Shown one piece after another: positions 45,379 through 56,407 of a stretch of 64,000 bases of DNA. Each line of letters begins with the position of its first letter. Within the stretch, counting starts at the first letter, position 1. The stretch is from Bryobacterales bacterium. GTDB taxonomy: Bacteria > Acidobacteriota > Terriglobia > Bryobacterales > Bryobacteraceae. The stretch lies in the NCBI GenBank assembly GCA_963712395.1, contig CAVQHR010000008.1, positions 912,373 through 976,372 on the forward strand, written 5' to 3'. Position numbers and translations under genes: made by a program. Under the pieces are notes generated by a model. That model was not told the origin of the DNA. It worked only from the letters and a program-made list of their open reading frames with translations, and did no database searches.

Positions 45379-45465
45379 AACCATTGGTTGCAAATTAATC
45401 ATTGGTTTTCTTAAACACATCGACCGCTGTTCCCTGAGGGGTTGGCGCTTTCGCAACCAATGGTT
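45379..45465. promoter_or_regulatory. candidate TetR operator palindromes in a divergent promoter
   Basis: AACCAtTGGTT (45379-89), ATCAtTGGTT (45398-407) and AACCAaTGGTT (45455-65), between the NmrA and TetR genes. Confidence 0.4.
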
Positions 45466-45517
45466 ATAAAACAACAAGCGGTCCGAAAACTTCGGCAAAA
45501 GGGACTAAGCTAGTGAA

Positions 45518-46198
45518 GTGACATCCACATCACCAAGTCGCCGGGTAGAGCGCAAGGAAAAGCTGCGGGGCGAAATCCTTGCGGCTGCCAGCAAAATGTT
45601 TGCCGATCGCGGTTACGAAGCCGTGACGCTTCGTGCGATCGCTAAAGAGATCGGCTATACGCACGCCGTGATCTACCAGCATTTTCCTGACAAATGGCAT
45701 ATTCTTGCCGAGTTGAGCAGCGAGACGATCGGGCTGCTGATTCAGAACTTCGACGCGATTGCCGCTAAACATCCTGCACCGAAAGAGCGTCTTTTTGCGA
45801 CTTCACGCGGCTTGATTCAGTTCTGCACTGCCCATCCACAGCAGTTCCGCAACGTCTTCTTCGGGCCGGAGAACCGCAACGGCATCCGCGCTGGACAATA
45901 TATCAACGACATTGGCGCGCCTTTGTTCCAACGTTTCGTACAGCTCTTTTTCGATGTTGCCAAGGATGAAGGATTGCCAAGTAGGGATGACATAGTGGTA
46001 GCCCACACCTGGTGGTACACGATCTTCGGCCTCGCCACGCTCATGGTCATACAAGGGGTTGTGCCTGACTTGCCTGACCAGACTCTCGTGGTCGAGCAAA
46101 CGATCGCTACGCTTTGGGCGGGCGTTCAGGTTGTTCCGCGATTGCCGAAGAGGGCGGTCTCTAAGCGATCCGGCCGATCCAGTGCCGCAAAGCAATAA
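45518..46198 (+). CDS. TetR-family transcriptional regulator
   Basis: ILAAASKMFADRGYEAVTLRAIAKEIGYTHAVIYQHFPDK HTH. Confidence 0.85.
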   Translation: MTSTSPSRRVERKEKLRGEILAAASKMFADRGYEAVTLRAIAKEIGYTHAVIYQHFPDKWHILAELSSETIGLLIQNFDAIAAKHPAPKERLFATSRGLIQFCTAHPQQFRNVFFGPENRNGIRAGQYINDIGAPLFQRFVQLFFDVAKDEGLPSRDDIVVAHTWWYTIFGLATLMVIQGVVPDLPDQTLVVEQTIATLWAGVQVVPRLPKRAVSKRSGRSSAAKQ

Positions 46199-46637
46199 CA
46201 GCTTCTGTCTACGTAGAACTCGTTGAAGGGCTGGTAGCCACATCCATCCGGAATCCTCCGTTAGCATTTACTCCCTCCTGTGAGCTTTTGATTCTAGATA
46301 AGAGCATTTCCTGGGTGTTGAGGAGTAACGAAGCAGCCAACCGGCTGATGCCGCTTTGAGTTCGTCGTGTGTGGCACGATTAGGAACGAGAAACGCCCAT
46401 CAGATCTGGGATTTAGCCAACCGCCAAGCTCACATGGCTGATGTCCTAGGTACGGAGTTCCGGATCGTTTGCGCAAGTCAAATCCGCGCGAAGCGCGTTT
46501 TACGTCAAGTTGATAACCAATTGTTCAACTTCCCGATTGCCGCCGATTGTCCCAGTTGTACCCACTTGTGGCTGACGCTGCCCGAATATAAGATAACGTT
46601 GTCCTTGAGAACTACCGACGACTTGAGGTTCAGATCG

Positions 46638-47318
46638 ATGATTCGACAGTTGCGCTTGAACGGCATGCTCATTTTTTGTCTGCTACTCCTTTTGTGCACA
46701 CAACTGGCGGCGCAAGGTGTCGCTGTTCCGGGCGATACGTGCAAGCCGGCGAGTGCGCGAACGCAAGAGATTGGATGCTGGATCCTGGCCGACCATCCCG
46801 TAGGTCAACTCACAAAACCACAAGTGTTCTGGCATCTTGACGGCTATCCAACACGCCTCGCAGCGCAAGCGGACACGGGGCCGCGAGGCACGGTTATCGA
46901 GTCGTTTGGCAAAGTGTGGTTGATGACCATCGAGGACGAGAACTGGAGATCGACCCACGGACATCGCATTGCAGAAATTGGACCGCTTCCGGTCGCCGCA
47001 GGAGAAAAATACTCGGCGACGTTTATGGAAGCGGACTTCACACCCGGAATGACAGCGCCCGCACACATCCACTCTGGACCGGAGGCTTGGTATGCGGTAG
47101 GCGGCGAAACATGCCTGGAGACCTCCGACGATCGCATGCAGATCAGCCGAGTAGGAGGCCCACCAGTCATCGTTCCCGTGGGATTATCGATGTACCTCAC
47201 GGCGGTCGGCACTGAACGGCGCCGTTCGATTGTGATCATCCTCCATCAGTCATCGCAGCCCCCGACCACAATGGTTCATGATTGGACGCCAAAGGGTTTG
47301 TGTAACGGTACCAAGTGA
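46638..47318 (+). CDS. exported cupin-like protein
   Basis: ATG at 46638 gives a signal peptide (MLIFCLLLLLCTQLAAQG). APAHIHSGPEAWYAVGGE cupin motif. Confidence 0.5.
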   Translation: MIRQLRLNGMLIFCLLLLLCTQLAAQGVAVPGDTCKPASARTQEIGCWILADHPVGQLTKPQVFWHLDGYPTRLAAQADTGPRGTVIESFGKVWLMTIEDENWRSTHGHRIAEIGPLPVAAGEKYSATFMEADFTPGMTAPAHIHSGPEAWYAVGGETCLETSDDRMQISRVGGPPVIVPVGLSMYLTAVGTERRRSIVIILHQSSQPPTTMVHDWTPKGLCNGTK

Positions 47319-47494
47319 ACTAAACCCGTGTGTAACTTCAGTGCAGCGGTTGCAAGCGGAGTACGCCTTGTTTCAGTTTCCAGATAGCGCGTCACTCGCC
47401 CGGAGGGTTTTGCAGCTTGCCAAACGCCGGTTTCGGGCTAAGGTTCCGCGCACGATTGACGATTCGGGACGACGCTTGGACTAAAATACAACCC

Positions 47495-48763
47495 ATGAAG
47501 CTGGGCGCCATGCTCGTCGCATTGGTTGTTGTTTCCCCCACATGGGCCCAGGATTCCGCTGCGATCCGGGTGGCCGTTCAGCGGGAGAAGCAGCCTCTTT
47601 TGGACACCTTGAGGGACCTTGTTTCGATTGAGTCCGGATCGAGCGATTTTGATGGAGTCACTCGCATTGGCGATCGGATCGCCGATCGGCTGCGCGCCCT
47701 GGGAGGCGAGGTAGAAAAGGTGCCTCCGGCAAGCGGTTACTTGCGCTTTCAAAATACTCCGGAACGCCTCGCAGACACTGTCGTCGCACGCTTTCGGGGA
47801 AAAGGCGCCAAACGGATTTTGTTGCTCGCGCACATGGACACTGTCTACGCAAAAGGGATGCTCGCGAAGCAGCCCTTTCGCGTAGAAGGCGATCGGGCTT
47901 ACGGGCTGGGAATCGGCGACGACAAACACGGGGTTGCTACCATCCTGCACGTTGTGTCAACGCTCAAGACCCTTGGATTTGACCAGTTCGGCTTAATCAC
48001 CGTGTTGGTGAGCCCGGACGAGGAGATCGGCTCCAACGCCGAACGAGACCTCATTACGTCTCTGGCGTCGAACCACGACCTGGTCCTCTCTTATGAAGGA
48101 TCACGTGTGCCCGGCGATGATATCCGGCTCGCCACCACCGGTGGGGAACTGGCGCTGCTCACGGTGAAAGGGCGGGCGTCGCATGCGGGTGCTGCCCCCG
48201 AGCAAGGCCGAAACGCACTCTATGAGCTGTCACATCAAGTGCTTCAGATGCAGGACCTCTCTAACCCAGGCCGGGGGTTGAAGTTGAACTGGACGGTGGC
48301 CAGCGCGGGGAGCGTCTCCAATGCGATTCCGGAGGATGCCCGGGCAATCGGGGATATGCGGGCCGACGACATAGCCGACTTTGCAGGGCTGGAAGCCTCC
48401 ATCCGCGAAAAGATTCTCAAGCACCTCATTCCGGATACCTCGGTGGATGTTCGCTTTGAACGCATCTATCCTCCGATGGCGCTTCGCAAACAATCTTTGC
48501 CTATCGCCGAATATGCGCAGCGGATCTACGGCGAATACGGAGGAAAGCTTGCCGTCGCCACAAAATCGCCCGGAGCGGGGACAGATGCCGCATTCGCTGC
48601 TCTTAAGACCGATGCGCCGATTCTGGAAGGGATGGGGCTGCGTATGTACGGAGCGCATTCGAACGAGGACGAGTACGTTGTGATCTCATCCATCGAGCCC
48701 CGTCTGTATTTATCGACGCGCCTCATCATCGACTTTTCCCTGGGGCGAACCGCCTCTGAGTAG
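47495..48763 (+). CDS. M20-family peptidase (carboxypeptidase G2-like)
   Basis: Signal peptide. LLLAHMDTVY, GIGDDKHGVA and SPDEEIGS metal-ligand motifs. Confidence 0.85.
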   Translation: MKLGAMLVALVVVSPTWAQDSAAIRVAVQREKQPLLDTLRDLVSIESGSSDFDGVTRIGDRIADRLRALGGEVEKVPPASGYLRFQNTPERLADTVVARFRGKGAKRILLLAHMDTVYAKGMLAKQPFRVEGDRAYGLGIGDDKHGVATILHVVSTLKTLGFDQFGLITVLVSPDEEIGSNAERDLITSLASNHDLVLSYEGSRVPGDDIRLATTGGELALLTVKGRASHAGAAPEQGRNALYELSHQVLQMQDLSNPGRGLKLNWTVASAGSVSNAIPEDARAIGDMRADDIADFAGLEASIREKILKHLIPDTSVDVRFERIYPPMALRKQSLPIAEYAQRIYGEYGGKLAVATKSPGAGTDAAFAALKTDAPILEGMGLRMYGAHSNEDEYVVISSIEPRLYLSTRLIIDFSLGRTASE

Positions 48764-49284
48764 TTCTAGGAAATTGGATGCCCGCTTCGTTCTCGAAGAA
48801 CTCCTTCTGCCAGCGGATAGAAAACCGTCGGCTGGAGACCGTGCTTGTCACATAATTTCTGAGATCGGAACCTGCTCCAACAGATGCCGCCTCAGAATGC
48901 CGACTTTCTCTGCCTCCAACTGAACTGGAACACGGCATGTTCCAAACTGCAGGCTTTGTCGTGTGACGGGCCAACTGGACAGAATCCGGTCGGCACGAAT
49001 GGTTTCGAGATTGCCGAGCAAGATTTGAACGACATCACATCCGCGGAATGCCCGTTTACACGCCCACGTGGATAAGATCGCGCCGTCTCAAAAAGCGTAT
49101 GTTGTGCAACGCGACCAAGATCGGTTGGCGTTTGATGCTGTTAACGGTGATGCCCAAAAACACGAACACTGATCGAATTGACTGGTTGTCGCTAAACGCC
49201 GTGTGCGGTACCAATTGGCGCAGTTCAGCTTCAGCACTGTGCTAAACTGCGCCGAAGAATTTACAGGTTCGCGACCTTGGCCGG

Positions 49285-50718
49285 GTGAGACATATGTACC
49301 GTGCGACGATAGCCTTTTGTTTACTTTCCGCCTTCGCGACGGGACAGACCTTTCATCCCGATATTCCACAAGCTTGGAGCGACCGCGAAATCGAAGCCTT
49401 CCTGGTCCCGCTGGCACAGCGAGATCGTTCCCCGCGCTTCCTTAATTCCGAGGCGTACTATGCCCTGAAGGTTCGCCCTATCTATCGCACGTATCCGGTG
49501 TATGCGCCGCACAGCGAGCCTGCCGGATACATGGAGGGACTTAAGCAGAAGGAACCTGAGGTTGTTTTCGACGCTTCCCGACTGCGCACGGAGCAGGATT
49601 GGATTAACGCCGGTGAGCTGGTCTTCGATTCGTCTCCGATGCCGGGAGACCCAGCATCACCCTTGCAGCTGGCGATGGTAGCCGGGGCTCCCGCAACGCG
49701 CGACGGCGTGATTCCGTTCTTTCGCTATGTCATCCGTAAGAAGGGCGTGGTGGAGATAGGTAGCGGGACTTCCGGCAGTGGGTGCCATACACGCTTGATG
49801 CCGGATGGCTCTGTTTTAAAGGGAGCGCAAGGCAGCCTCCCTCTCGGCCAAATCTTCGCATCGATACCAGCTGTCGCCATACGCATCCGGTGGACCTTGT
49901 TCGGCACGCCTTGGGTAGTGAAGCGTGAAGAATTTGAATCGATAGGTATTGATGAATATGCGCGCCGGAACGCAGCCATGCAGCCCGGTGTGCTAGGCAG
50001 GCACGGCACCAGCGACCTGTCGCCTTCCAAGGTTCCGTCATTGATCGGACTGCAGGAAATCAGGTACCTCGATTCAACCGGTCTGATGCGCCACCGAACC
50101 ACAGGCGATCTGATGCGCTATGCAATCGCAAACTACGGACTTGACATTACAGCCCACTATGGCGATTTTCAGCCCTCGCCGGTGTCCACTGGTTTTGCGG
50201 AAAATGGCACTCGGTTCAGTGACGAGCAACTCTATGCGTTGGCTCTCTATATTTACTCTCTAAAGCCTCCTCGAAATCCTAATCGTCTGGATGAGCAGGC
50301 GGTCCGTGGGCAACGCGTGTTTCAGCAGCAAGGCTGCATTGGGTGCCACACGCCGCCTCTCTACACCAATAACAAGCTGACCGTTGCGCATGGCTTCACC
50401 GTCCCCGACGATCTTCGTCGGACTCTCGACATTCTGGATGTATCCGTTGGAACCGATCCGATTCTTGCTATGCAAACCCGTCGGGGAACTGGATTTTATA
50501 AGGTTCCCTCGCTGCGTGGTGTATGGTACCGGAACGCATTTGGTCACAGTGGTCAAGCCGAAACCCTAGAGGAATGGCTCGACCCGGAGCGCTTACGAGA
50601 CGACTACGTGCCGAAGGGCTTTCACCTTGGTTCCGGGCCTATCAAAGGACATGAATTTGGATTGACGCTACCCCATGAAGACAAAGAGGCTCTGATCGCA
50701 TTTCTGAAGACGCTCTAA
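49285..50718 (+). CDS. exported haem-c (CxxCH) protein, peroxidase-like fold suspected
   Basis: Signal peptide. One clear CIGCH motif and a degenerate GSGCH. The family call is tentative. Confidence 0.5.
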   Translation: MRHMYRATIAFCLLSAFATGQTFHPDIPQAWSDREIEAFLVPLAQRDRSPRFLNSEAYYALKVRPIYRTYPVYAPHSEPAGYMEGLKQKEPEVVFDASRLRTEQDWINAGELVFDSSPMPGDPASPLQLAMVAGAPATRDGVIPFFRYVIRKKGVVEIGSGTSGSGCHTRLMPDGSVLKGAQGSLPLGQIFASIPAVAIRIRWTLFGTPWVVKREEFESIGIDEYARRNAAMQPGVLGRHGTSDLSPSKVPSLIGLQEIRYLDSTGLMRHRTTGDLMRYAIANYGLDITAHYGDFQPSPVSTGFAENGTRFSDEQLYALALYIYSLKPPRNPNRLDEQAVRGQRVFQQQGCIGCHTPPLYTNNKLTVAHGFTVPDDLRRTLDILDVSVGTDPILAMQTRRGTGFYKVPSLRGVWYRNAFGHSGQAETLEEWLDPERLRDDYVPKGFHLGSGPIKGHEFGLTLPHEDKEALIAFLKTL

Positions 50719-51075
50719 AAGTGGGGGCGCTGCCGCGTCTCACAACGGGTAAGTTTTGAGATGCGACAAACAGAAGCTCTTATATTTGCGCATGCTGCTG
50801 TTGGAGACGCCACAGGTGCATGCCATATTCTCATTCACGGGAGGCATGTGAATTGAGGAACTTGTTCGATGCGACGGTGGCGAATGAGGTGAAGAATCCA
50901 GTTGGCCGTAGAGTCGGCATTGCGCTGCTTGAACGGGCTAGCCGTAACTCGGCGACATGCGCGTTAACCAGCCTCAATTGGGAAATTTCAGACAGGTGCG
51001 GGATGCCGGCCATGCGACCAGGTGAGTTGGGTGAGCACAAGACGGCTGCTTTTTCTATACAGAGAGAGATTTCTC

Positions 51076-52092
51076 ATGCAACCATTGAAAATGAGTCTGC
51101 TCCTTCTCTTGGCGATTCTTATACCAATGGCCCTGCTAGGTGAGACCTACCAGATCACGCCAGATCGCTACTATCGAACGTTCGCGCATACCAATCCGGT
51201 TCTCCAAACTATCAAATCTGGCGACGTGATCGTCACTAAAACACTAGATTCCGGTGGGCAGGACTACCGCGGCGAACACAGATCGGAACCAGGTAATCCG
51301 TTGACGGGTCCCTTCTATGTTGAGGGCGCGGCACCTGGGGACGCGCTGGTGGTCAAACTTCGCAAGGTTCGCCTGAACCGCAACTGGGGGTATACAGCGT
51401 ATCGCCTCGGTCTTTTTGCTCTTACACCAGAATCCATAGAGACCACTTACCCAAACCACTACAAAGCCGACTTAGTGCGCAAGGACCGCGACAATATCCT
51501 TCCCTGGGACATCGACGTGGAACATCAGACTGTTCGCCTGCGTGAGCCTGTTAGCAACAAAGTACAGTTAAGCTTTCCGGCACGCCCGATGCTTGGTTGT
51601 ATTGGCGTGGCCGCACCAGGCGATTTCGTACCGACATCCGGTCCAGCCGGCAGCTATGGCGGCAACCTCGATTACAACGAGATTGGCGAAGGAGCCACGG
51701 TGATTCTGCCCGTCTATCATCCGGGCGGCTTTTTGTTCTTGGGTGACGGGCATGCACTCATGGCCGACGGCGAGGCTACCGGCACGGGCGTCGAAACATC
51801 TATGGATGTCGAGTTTTCCGTGGAGGTGATTAAGAATAGCCATGTCACTGGCCCCCGCGTCGAAACGGACGAATTTCTGATCAGCGTAGGCGCGCAGCCC
51901 GAATTTGCCAGTTCGCTGGATCGCGCACTACAGATGGCTACTACGGACATGATCCAGTGGCTAGTTACGGACTATCAGCTGGAGGCTTGGGCAGCACATC
52001 AGTTGATTGGAGCAGTCGGTAAATACGATGTGGTCACTGTGGCCGGCAGCATGGCCTTGAAGGTGCCCAGGAAATATCTTCCCCTGAAGTGA
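51076..52092 (+). CDS. acetamidase/formamidase-family amidase (exported)
   Basis: PLTGPFYVEGAAPGDALVVKL and GNLDYNEIGEGATVILPVYHPGG...GDGHALMADGE. Signal peptide from 51076. Confidence 0.8.
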   Translation: MQPLKMSLLLLLAILIPMALLGETYQITPDRYYRTFAHTNPVLQTIKSGDVIVTKTLDSGGQDYRGEHRSEPGNPLTGPFYVEGAAPGDALVVKLRKVRLNRNWGYTAYRLGLFALTPESIETTYPNHYKADLVRKDRDNILPWDIDVEHQTVRLREPVSNKVQLSFPARPMLGCIGVAAPGDFVPTSGPAGSYGGNLDYNEIGEGATVILPVYHPGGFLFLGDGHALMADGEATGTGVETSMDVEFSVEVIKNSHVTGPRVETDEFLISVGAQPEFASSLDRALQMATTDMIQWLVTDYQLEAWAAHQLIGAVGKYDVVTVAGSMALKVPRKYLPLK

Positions 52093-52141
52093 GCAGTGAA
52101 TGCCGGACTGGTGACCAATGCCAGTTCCATATATTTTATTG

Positions 52142-53929
52142 TTATTTGAAATTCGTGTATGGTCCCGCGGCAGCCCAATCCGTTGTGGCGAGCCCTTCCG
52201 CATCCCAAACGACCGCGCCGTGCCGGACAGTCAGAATACATTTGAGCTTGCCCTTTTCTGATTCAAACAAAGCGACATCCGCATCGGAGCCTTCTCCGAG
52301 GGTTCCTAATTCTGGTTTGTGGATCGTTTTGGCAGTTGAAACGGTTCTCTGCTCGATAAATGCTTCCGGCGTGAGGCCCGGCTGCGCGGCAGACGTCGGT
52401 ACTTTTGTGGGAATGGCGAGCACTCTGGTCTTCGTGTGCGCGCGAAATTTCGGAACTGCATCGCCAACGATCACGAGCGTAGTCGCACCCTTCGGAAGGG
52501 TGAGGTAATCGGACCGATAGGTCTCGCTGATCTCAATCAGACCGGGCGTAACAACGTAATCGCTGGCGTCGACAACAATCCGTGCCTGCGCAGTATGAAG
52601 CCCGGCCGCGACTTTGGCGATCTTGCCATTCGCGATCGCGACGTCAAAGCGGGCATCGCGATGATTCGCCGGATCGATTACGTGGCCGTTTTTCAGTAAG
52701 ACATCATAAATCAAGCCAGTCGGATAAGAGGCCTCCTCCTGACGGTGATACACAACCTTGCCGTTGTGCACTGTCAAAACACATTGGAGTCGTTTTGTTC
52801 CGAGCCGCTTCGCAGGCCAGGAATCTACAAATGGGAACACGCCGGTTTGCAAGTCCAATACCGCAATGTCCGCGATCTGACCTTTGCCCAGGGTGCCTAC
52901 CTCGGGGAAACGGTGAATTGCCTTGGCGGGCGTTACTGTCGAGCGGAATACTGCGTCGTTGAGACTCATTCCGAGCAGCATTAACTTCGACATGCAATTG
53001 GGCATGTCGGAACGCTGCCGCATGACGCTCTCAGTGTGGAGATCGGTGCTGATCGTATCGGGATAAAAGTTCTGCGCCATAGCTTTGCTTGCGACAGGCC
53101 ATAGGAAACTCCCCCCGCCATGTCCGAGATCGAACAGGACGCCCCGCTTGCGCGCCTCGACCATATAAGGCTGTACCTTTCCATTGAAACGATCGACCAA
53201 CTCGATCTGGCGGTCGTTGTACATGTGCGTGTGGATGTCGCCGGGACGCAAATGTTCCAGGAGCTCCTCACGCGAGCTACGGCCGGTATTCGTGAAGATT
53301 TTGTCATCGACCATGACGGGAACGCCGGCAAGTCGCCCGGCTGCCACGGCGCGATCGATCGCTGTCCAGCCGGCGCCGCCGAAATGCGCCGTCTTAATGC
53401 CGACGATCACGTCACGATGGCGCTTGATCATGTCCGCCGTTTTCTCCGGCTCCATATCCTCGGTGTTGCTTTCGTAGGGCTCGCCGACCATGCCCGCGCC
53501 GACGATATTGAGCAATGCCAGCACGCGCGTCTTGGCGTGCACCATTACCGTTTTGTGGAATTCTTCGAAAGTGCGCCAGCCGCTGCCGCCCGCATCGATG
53601 ATGGTTGTTGTTCCGGCGGGAAAAGCATTTTCGTCGGGGTCGATCGTGCCTTCATATCCGAAGACATGCATGTGCAGGTCGACGAGACCGGGAACAACAT
53701 AAAATTTGCTCACATCGATCACTTGAGCATCCGGCGGTACCGCGAGATTGGGTGCTACCGCGGTGATCTGGCTACCGGACACAGCCACGTCCATAACCCG
53801 GTCGACCTGATTAGCGGGATCAATGACGTGGCCGCCTCTCAAAATCAGATTATTTGTCTGAGCGGAAAGGAGACTCGCCGCGAAGATGAACAATAACACG
53901 TGAAGCATTGCTTTTCGATGATAGTGCAA
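52142..53929 (-). CDS. amidohydrolase-superfamily metallohydrolase (exported)
   Basis: LRGGHVIDP...VVPGLVDLHMHVF metal-binding start. A second degenerate LLKNGHVIDP segment occurs C-terminally. Signal peptide present. Confidence 0.75.
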   Translation of the reverse strand: MHYHRKAMLHVLLFIFAASLLSAQTNNLILRGGHVIDPANQVDRVMDVAVSGSQITAVAPNLAVPPDAQVIDVSKFYVVPGLVDLHMHVFGYEGTIDPDENAFPAGTTTIIDAGGSGWRTFEEFHKTVMVHAKTRVLALLNIVGAGMVGEPYESNTEDMEPEKTADMIKRHRDVIVGIKTAHFGGAGWTAIDRAVAAGRLAGVPVMVDDKIFTNTGRSSREELLEHLRPGDIHTHMYNDRQIELVDRFNGKVQPYMVEARKRGVLFDLGHGGGSFLWPVASKAMAQNFYPDTISTDLHTESVMRQRSDMPNCMSKLMLLGMSLNDAVFRSTVTPAKAIHRFPEVGTLGKGQIADIAVLDLQTGVFPFVDSWPAKRLGTKRLQCVLTVHNGKVVYHRQEEASYPTGLIYDVLLKNGHVIDPANHRDARFDVAIANGKIAKVAAGLHTAQARIVVDASDYVVTPGLIEISETYRSDYLTLPKGATTLVIVGDAVPKFRAHTKTRVLAIPTKVPTSAAQPGLTPEAFIEQRTVSTAKTIHKPELGTLGEGSDADVALFESEKGKLKCILTVRHGAVVWDAEGLATTDWAAAGPYTNFK

Positions 53930-53976
53930 AGATCACCGACCCAAAAACGCGATACGATTTAACGCGATACGATTTC

Positions 53977-55515
53977 ATGATGAATTCTCGAAGGCGCTTT
54001 CTTGCTCGAACCACCGGAGGCGCGCTTGCTATGAGGCTTGTCGGCCACGGACCGGCTGAAGGAGCAACCATCAAATCGGCTGGCCCTGACCCGTACACGC
54101 GCATTGGCGTGGAGCCGTTCATCAATTGCACCGCGACGCTGACAATCAATGGCGGCTCGGCCACTTTGCCGGAGGTGATTTCGACGATCGAACAGGCTTC
54201 CCACTATCACGTCAACTTAAATGAGCTAATGGACAAGGTCGGCGACCGGCTAGCTGAGTTGCTGCAAACTGGCTGGGGCATGGTCACGGCGGGGGCAGCA
54301 TCGTCGCTTATGTTTGCCACGGCGGGTTGTCTCGCGGGCACCGATCCCGAAAAAATTCAGCGGTTGCCTAATCTCGAGGGGATCAAAAACGAAGTGATCA
54401 TGCCGCGCGAATCACGCAACGTATACGATCACGCGATCCGTGATTTGAATGTGAAAATGATCGAGGTCGACACGCCGGATGAATTGCGCAACGCGATCAA
54501 CCCGCACACCGCGATGGTTGCGGTTCTCGGCCAGTACTTCGGCGGCGCGAAGCTCGATCTGAAAGATGTCGCGCCAGTGGCGCGCAAAGCCCGTGTTCCC
54601 ATTCTCGTAGACGCCGCGGCCGACTACCTGATCGTGCCCAATCCGTACATCTCGCTGGGCGCCGATATGGTTGCCTACAGCGGCGGTAAGATCATCCGCG
54701 GCCCGCAAACGGCCGGCCTATTGATCGGCCGTCGTGATCTGGTGCGCGCGGCATGGGCCAATAGCGCGCCGCATCATGGGTTCGGACGCACGGCAAAGGT
54801 CAGCAAGGAAGAGATCATGGGGATGCTGCGCGCGGTCGAGGTCTGGAGGCAGGAGCGCGATATCCGAGCCGATATGAAAATGTGGCAATCGTGGTACGCC
54901 GAAATGATCCCGCAGATCACGAAAGTGCAGAGCGTTCGGGCGGAGGTACGCGGCCCCATCCGCGGCGGACCGTTCCCGACCTTGAATATTAGCTGGGATC
55001 CGAAGCAGATCGGCATGACCGCCGGTGAGGTCGGACGTGTGCTGCTTGACGGCGAACCCCGCATCATGACGCAGGCCGAGGGCGAAGGACACTCATTCGT
55101 GATTCGTCCCGTTGCACTGAAGTCTGGCGAGCACAAGCTCATCGCACAGCGGCTCTTCGAAATTTTCAATGCAGCCCCGAAGCCGGCGCCTGCGAAAACT
55201 TGGTCGGATGCTACCACCGATATCTCGGGAATGTGGGAAGTCGAGATGCAGTATGAAGTCGGATCTTCGCGCCATAAGTTGGTATTGGCGGCAACGGGGA
55301 ATAATCTGAGGGGACTCCACCAAGGTTGGGCCTATCAAGGCGATCTAAAGGGCCACATCGATGGCGCCGAAGTGAAATTCCACAGCACACATCCCGCGGA
55401 GGGAAACACCCTGTCGTACACCTTCACGGGATCGGTTTCAGGCGACACCATGTCGGGTGACGTTAATCTCGGCGAGTACGGTCAGGCAAAGTGGCGCGCC
55501 ACGAGGCTCGCGTAA
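53977..55515 (+). CDS. Tat-exported SelA-like PLP-dependent enzyme with extra C-terminal domain
   Basis: RRRFLARTTGGALA twin-arginine signal. SelA-like fold text with AYSGGKIIRGPQ (PLP lysine). About 110 aa beta-rich tail. Confidence 0.65.
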   Translation: MMNSRRRFLARTTGGALAMRLVGHGPAEGATIKSAGPDPYTRIGVEPFINCTATLTINGGSATLPEVISTIEQASHYHVNLNELMDKVGDRLAELLQTGWGMVTAGAASSLMFATAGCLAGTDPEKIQRLPNLEGIKNEVIMPRESRNVYDHAIRDLNVKMIEVDTPDELRNAINPHTAMVAVLGQYFGGAKLDLKDVAPVARKARVPILVDAAADYLIVPNPYISLGADMVAYSGGKIIRGPQTAGLLIGRRDLVRAAWANSAPHHGFGRTAKVSKEEIMGMLRAVEVWRQERDIRADMKMWQSWYAEMIPQITKVQSVRAEVRGPIRGGPFPTLNISWDPKQIGMTAGEVGRVLLDGEPRIMTQAEGEGHSFVIRPVALKSGEHKLIAQRLFEIFNAAPKPAPAKTWSDATTDISGMWEVEMQYEVGSSRHKLVLAATGNNLRGLHQGWAYQGDLKGHIDGAEVKFHSTHPAEGNTLSYTFTGSVSGDTMSGDVNLGEYGQAKWRATRLA

Positions 55516-55531
55516 CGGCTTGCGAAAATCG

Positions 55532-56407
55532 TCATTGTTGCGCGAGGTGCTTCTTCAGGTATTCGTCAAATTCCTTCTTGAGCGCCGGATCTTTCGGACT
55601 GGGGTAAAGCTCGCTCGCCTTGTACTTGCCAGTCTGGAACTTTGCCTTGGTCCACTCATCGTGAATGTGTGTGATTTCGGCTTGTTTCAAAATCGGTTCG
55701 ACGAATTGTGGGGGAATGAAGTAGACTCCTTCACTGTCGCCAAACACGACATCGCCCGGCATGACTGTGGCATTACCGACGCGGATGGGAATATTGATTC
55801 CAGTGAGCATCACCTCACGGTACGTAGTTGGCGTCGTACCCCGAAAGTACCCCTCGGAGCCGATCTCCATGACTCCGTCCAGGTCGCGGATCGAACCGTC
55901 GATCACGAAGCCTGTTTTGGTGGCGGCATATAAGGCGGTGTGAAGATTATCGCCTCCGAATGTTCCGTAAGTGATTTTCCCGAATAGATCAACCACGACC
56001 ACGTCGCCCGGTTGCAGCATGTCGATGACGCGCTGAGGCGGCGCCTTCACCTGGCCCTTTTCGGTCGCATTCGCGTCGGCGACATCACCCATGTCAGGCC
56101 GCAAAGGCATGTACTGGACCGTGACGGCCCGCCCGACGAGCTTTTTTCCGGGATGCAGGATTTGCCATCCGGCTTCAAACTGATTGTTGTAACCAGCGGC
56201 AGGCAGCACGGCCCAGATTTCTTCCGAACTCAATCCCTTCGCCTTCTCGAGCAGCGAATCTGGAACCTTGGGACGTCCATCTGGAAAACGTTCAAAAGGA
56301 TTTTTCGCTGTATAGCGGATCATCTCGTCGCGTGTGAACGAAAAGACCTGCGCACTCGCGTGCGCGCACAAGGCGAACCCGGCGATGATCCAACAAATCT
56401 TTCTCAT
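55532..56407 (-). CDS. RraA/HMG-aldolase-family protein with signal peptide
   Basis: GDVVVVDLFG...GGDNL...GFVIDGSIRD core. N-terminal MRKICWIIAGFALCAHASAQ. Confidence 0.7.
   Translation of the reverse strand: MRKICWIIAGFALCAHASAQVFSFTRDEMIRYTAKNPFERFPDGRPKVPDSLLEKAKGLSSEEIWAVLPAAGYNNQFEAGWQILHPGKKLVGRAVTVQYMPLRPDMGDVADANATEKGQVKAPPQRVIDMLQPGDVVVVDLFGKITYGTFGGDNLHTALYAATKTGFVIDGSIRDLDGVMEIGSEGYFRGTTPTTYREVMLTGINIPIRVGNATVMPGDVVFGDSEGVYFIPPQFVEPILKQAEITHIHDEWTKAKFQTGKYKASELYPSPKDPALKKEFDEYLKKHLAQQ

Noticed and set aside
48764-49284. About 520 nt gene-free stretch with several 60-110 aa ORFs on both strands.
   Set aside because: No frame shows recognisable family text or a convincing start/RBS. 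Left unannotated.
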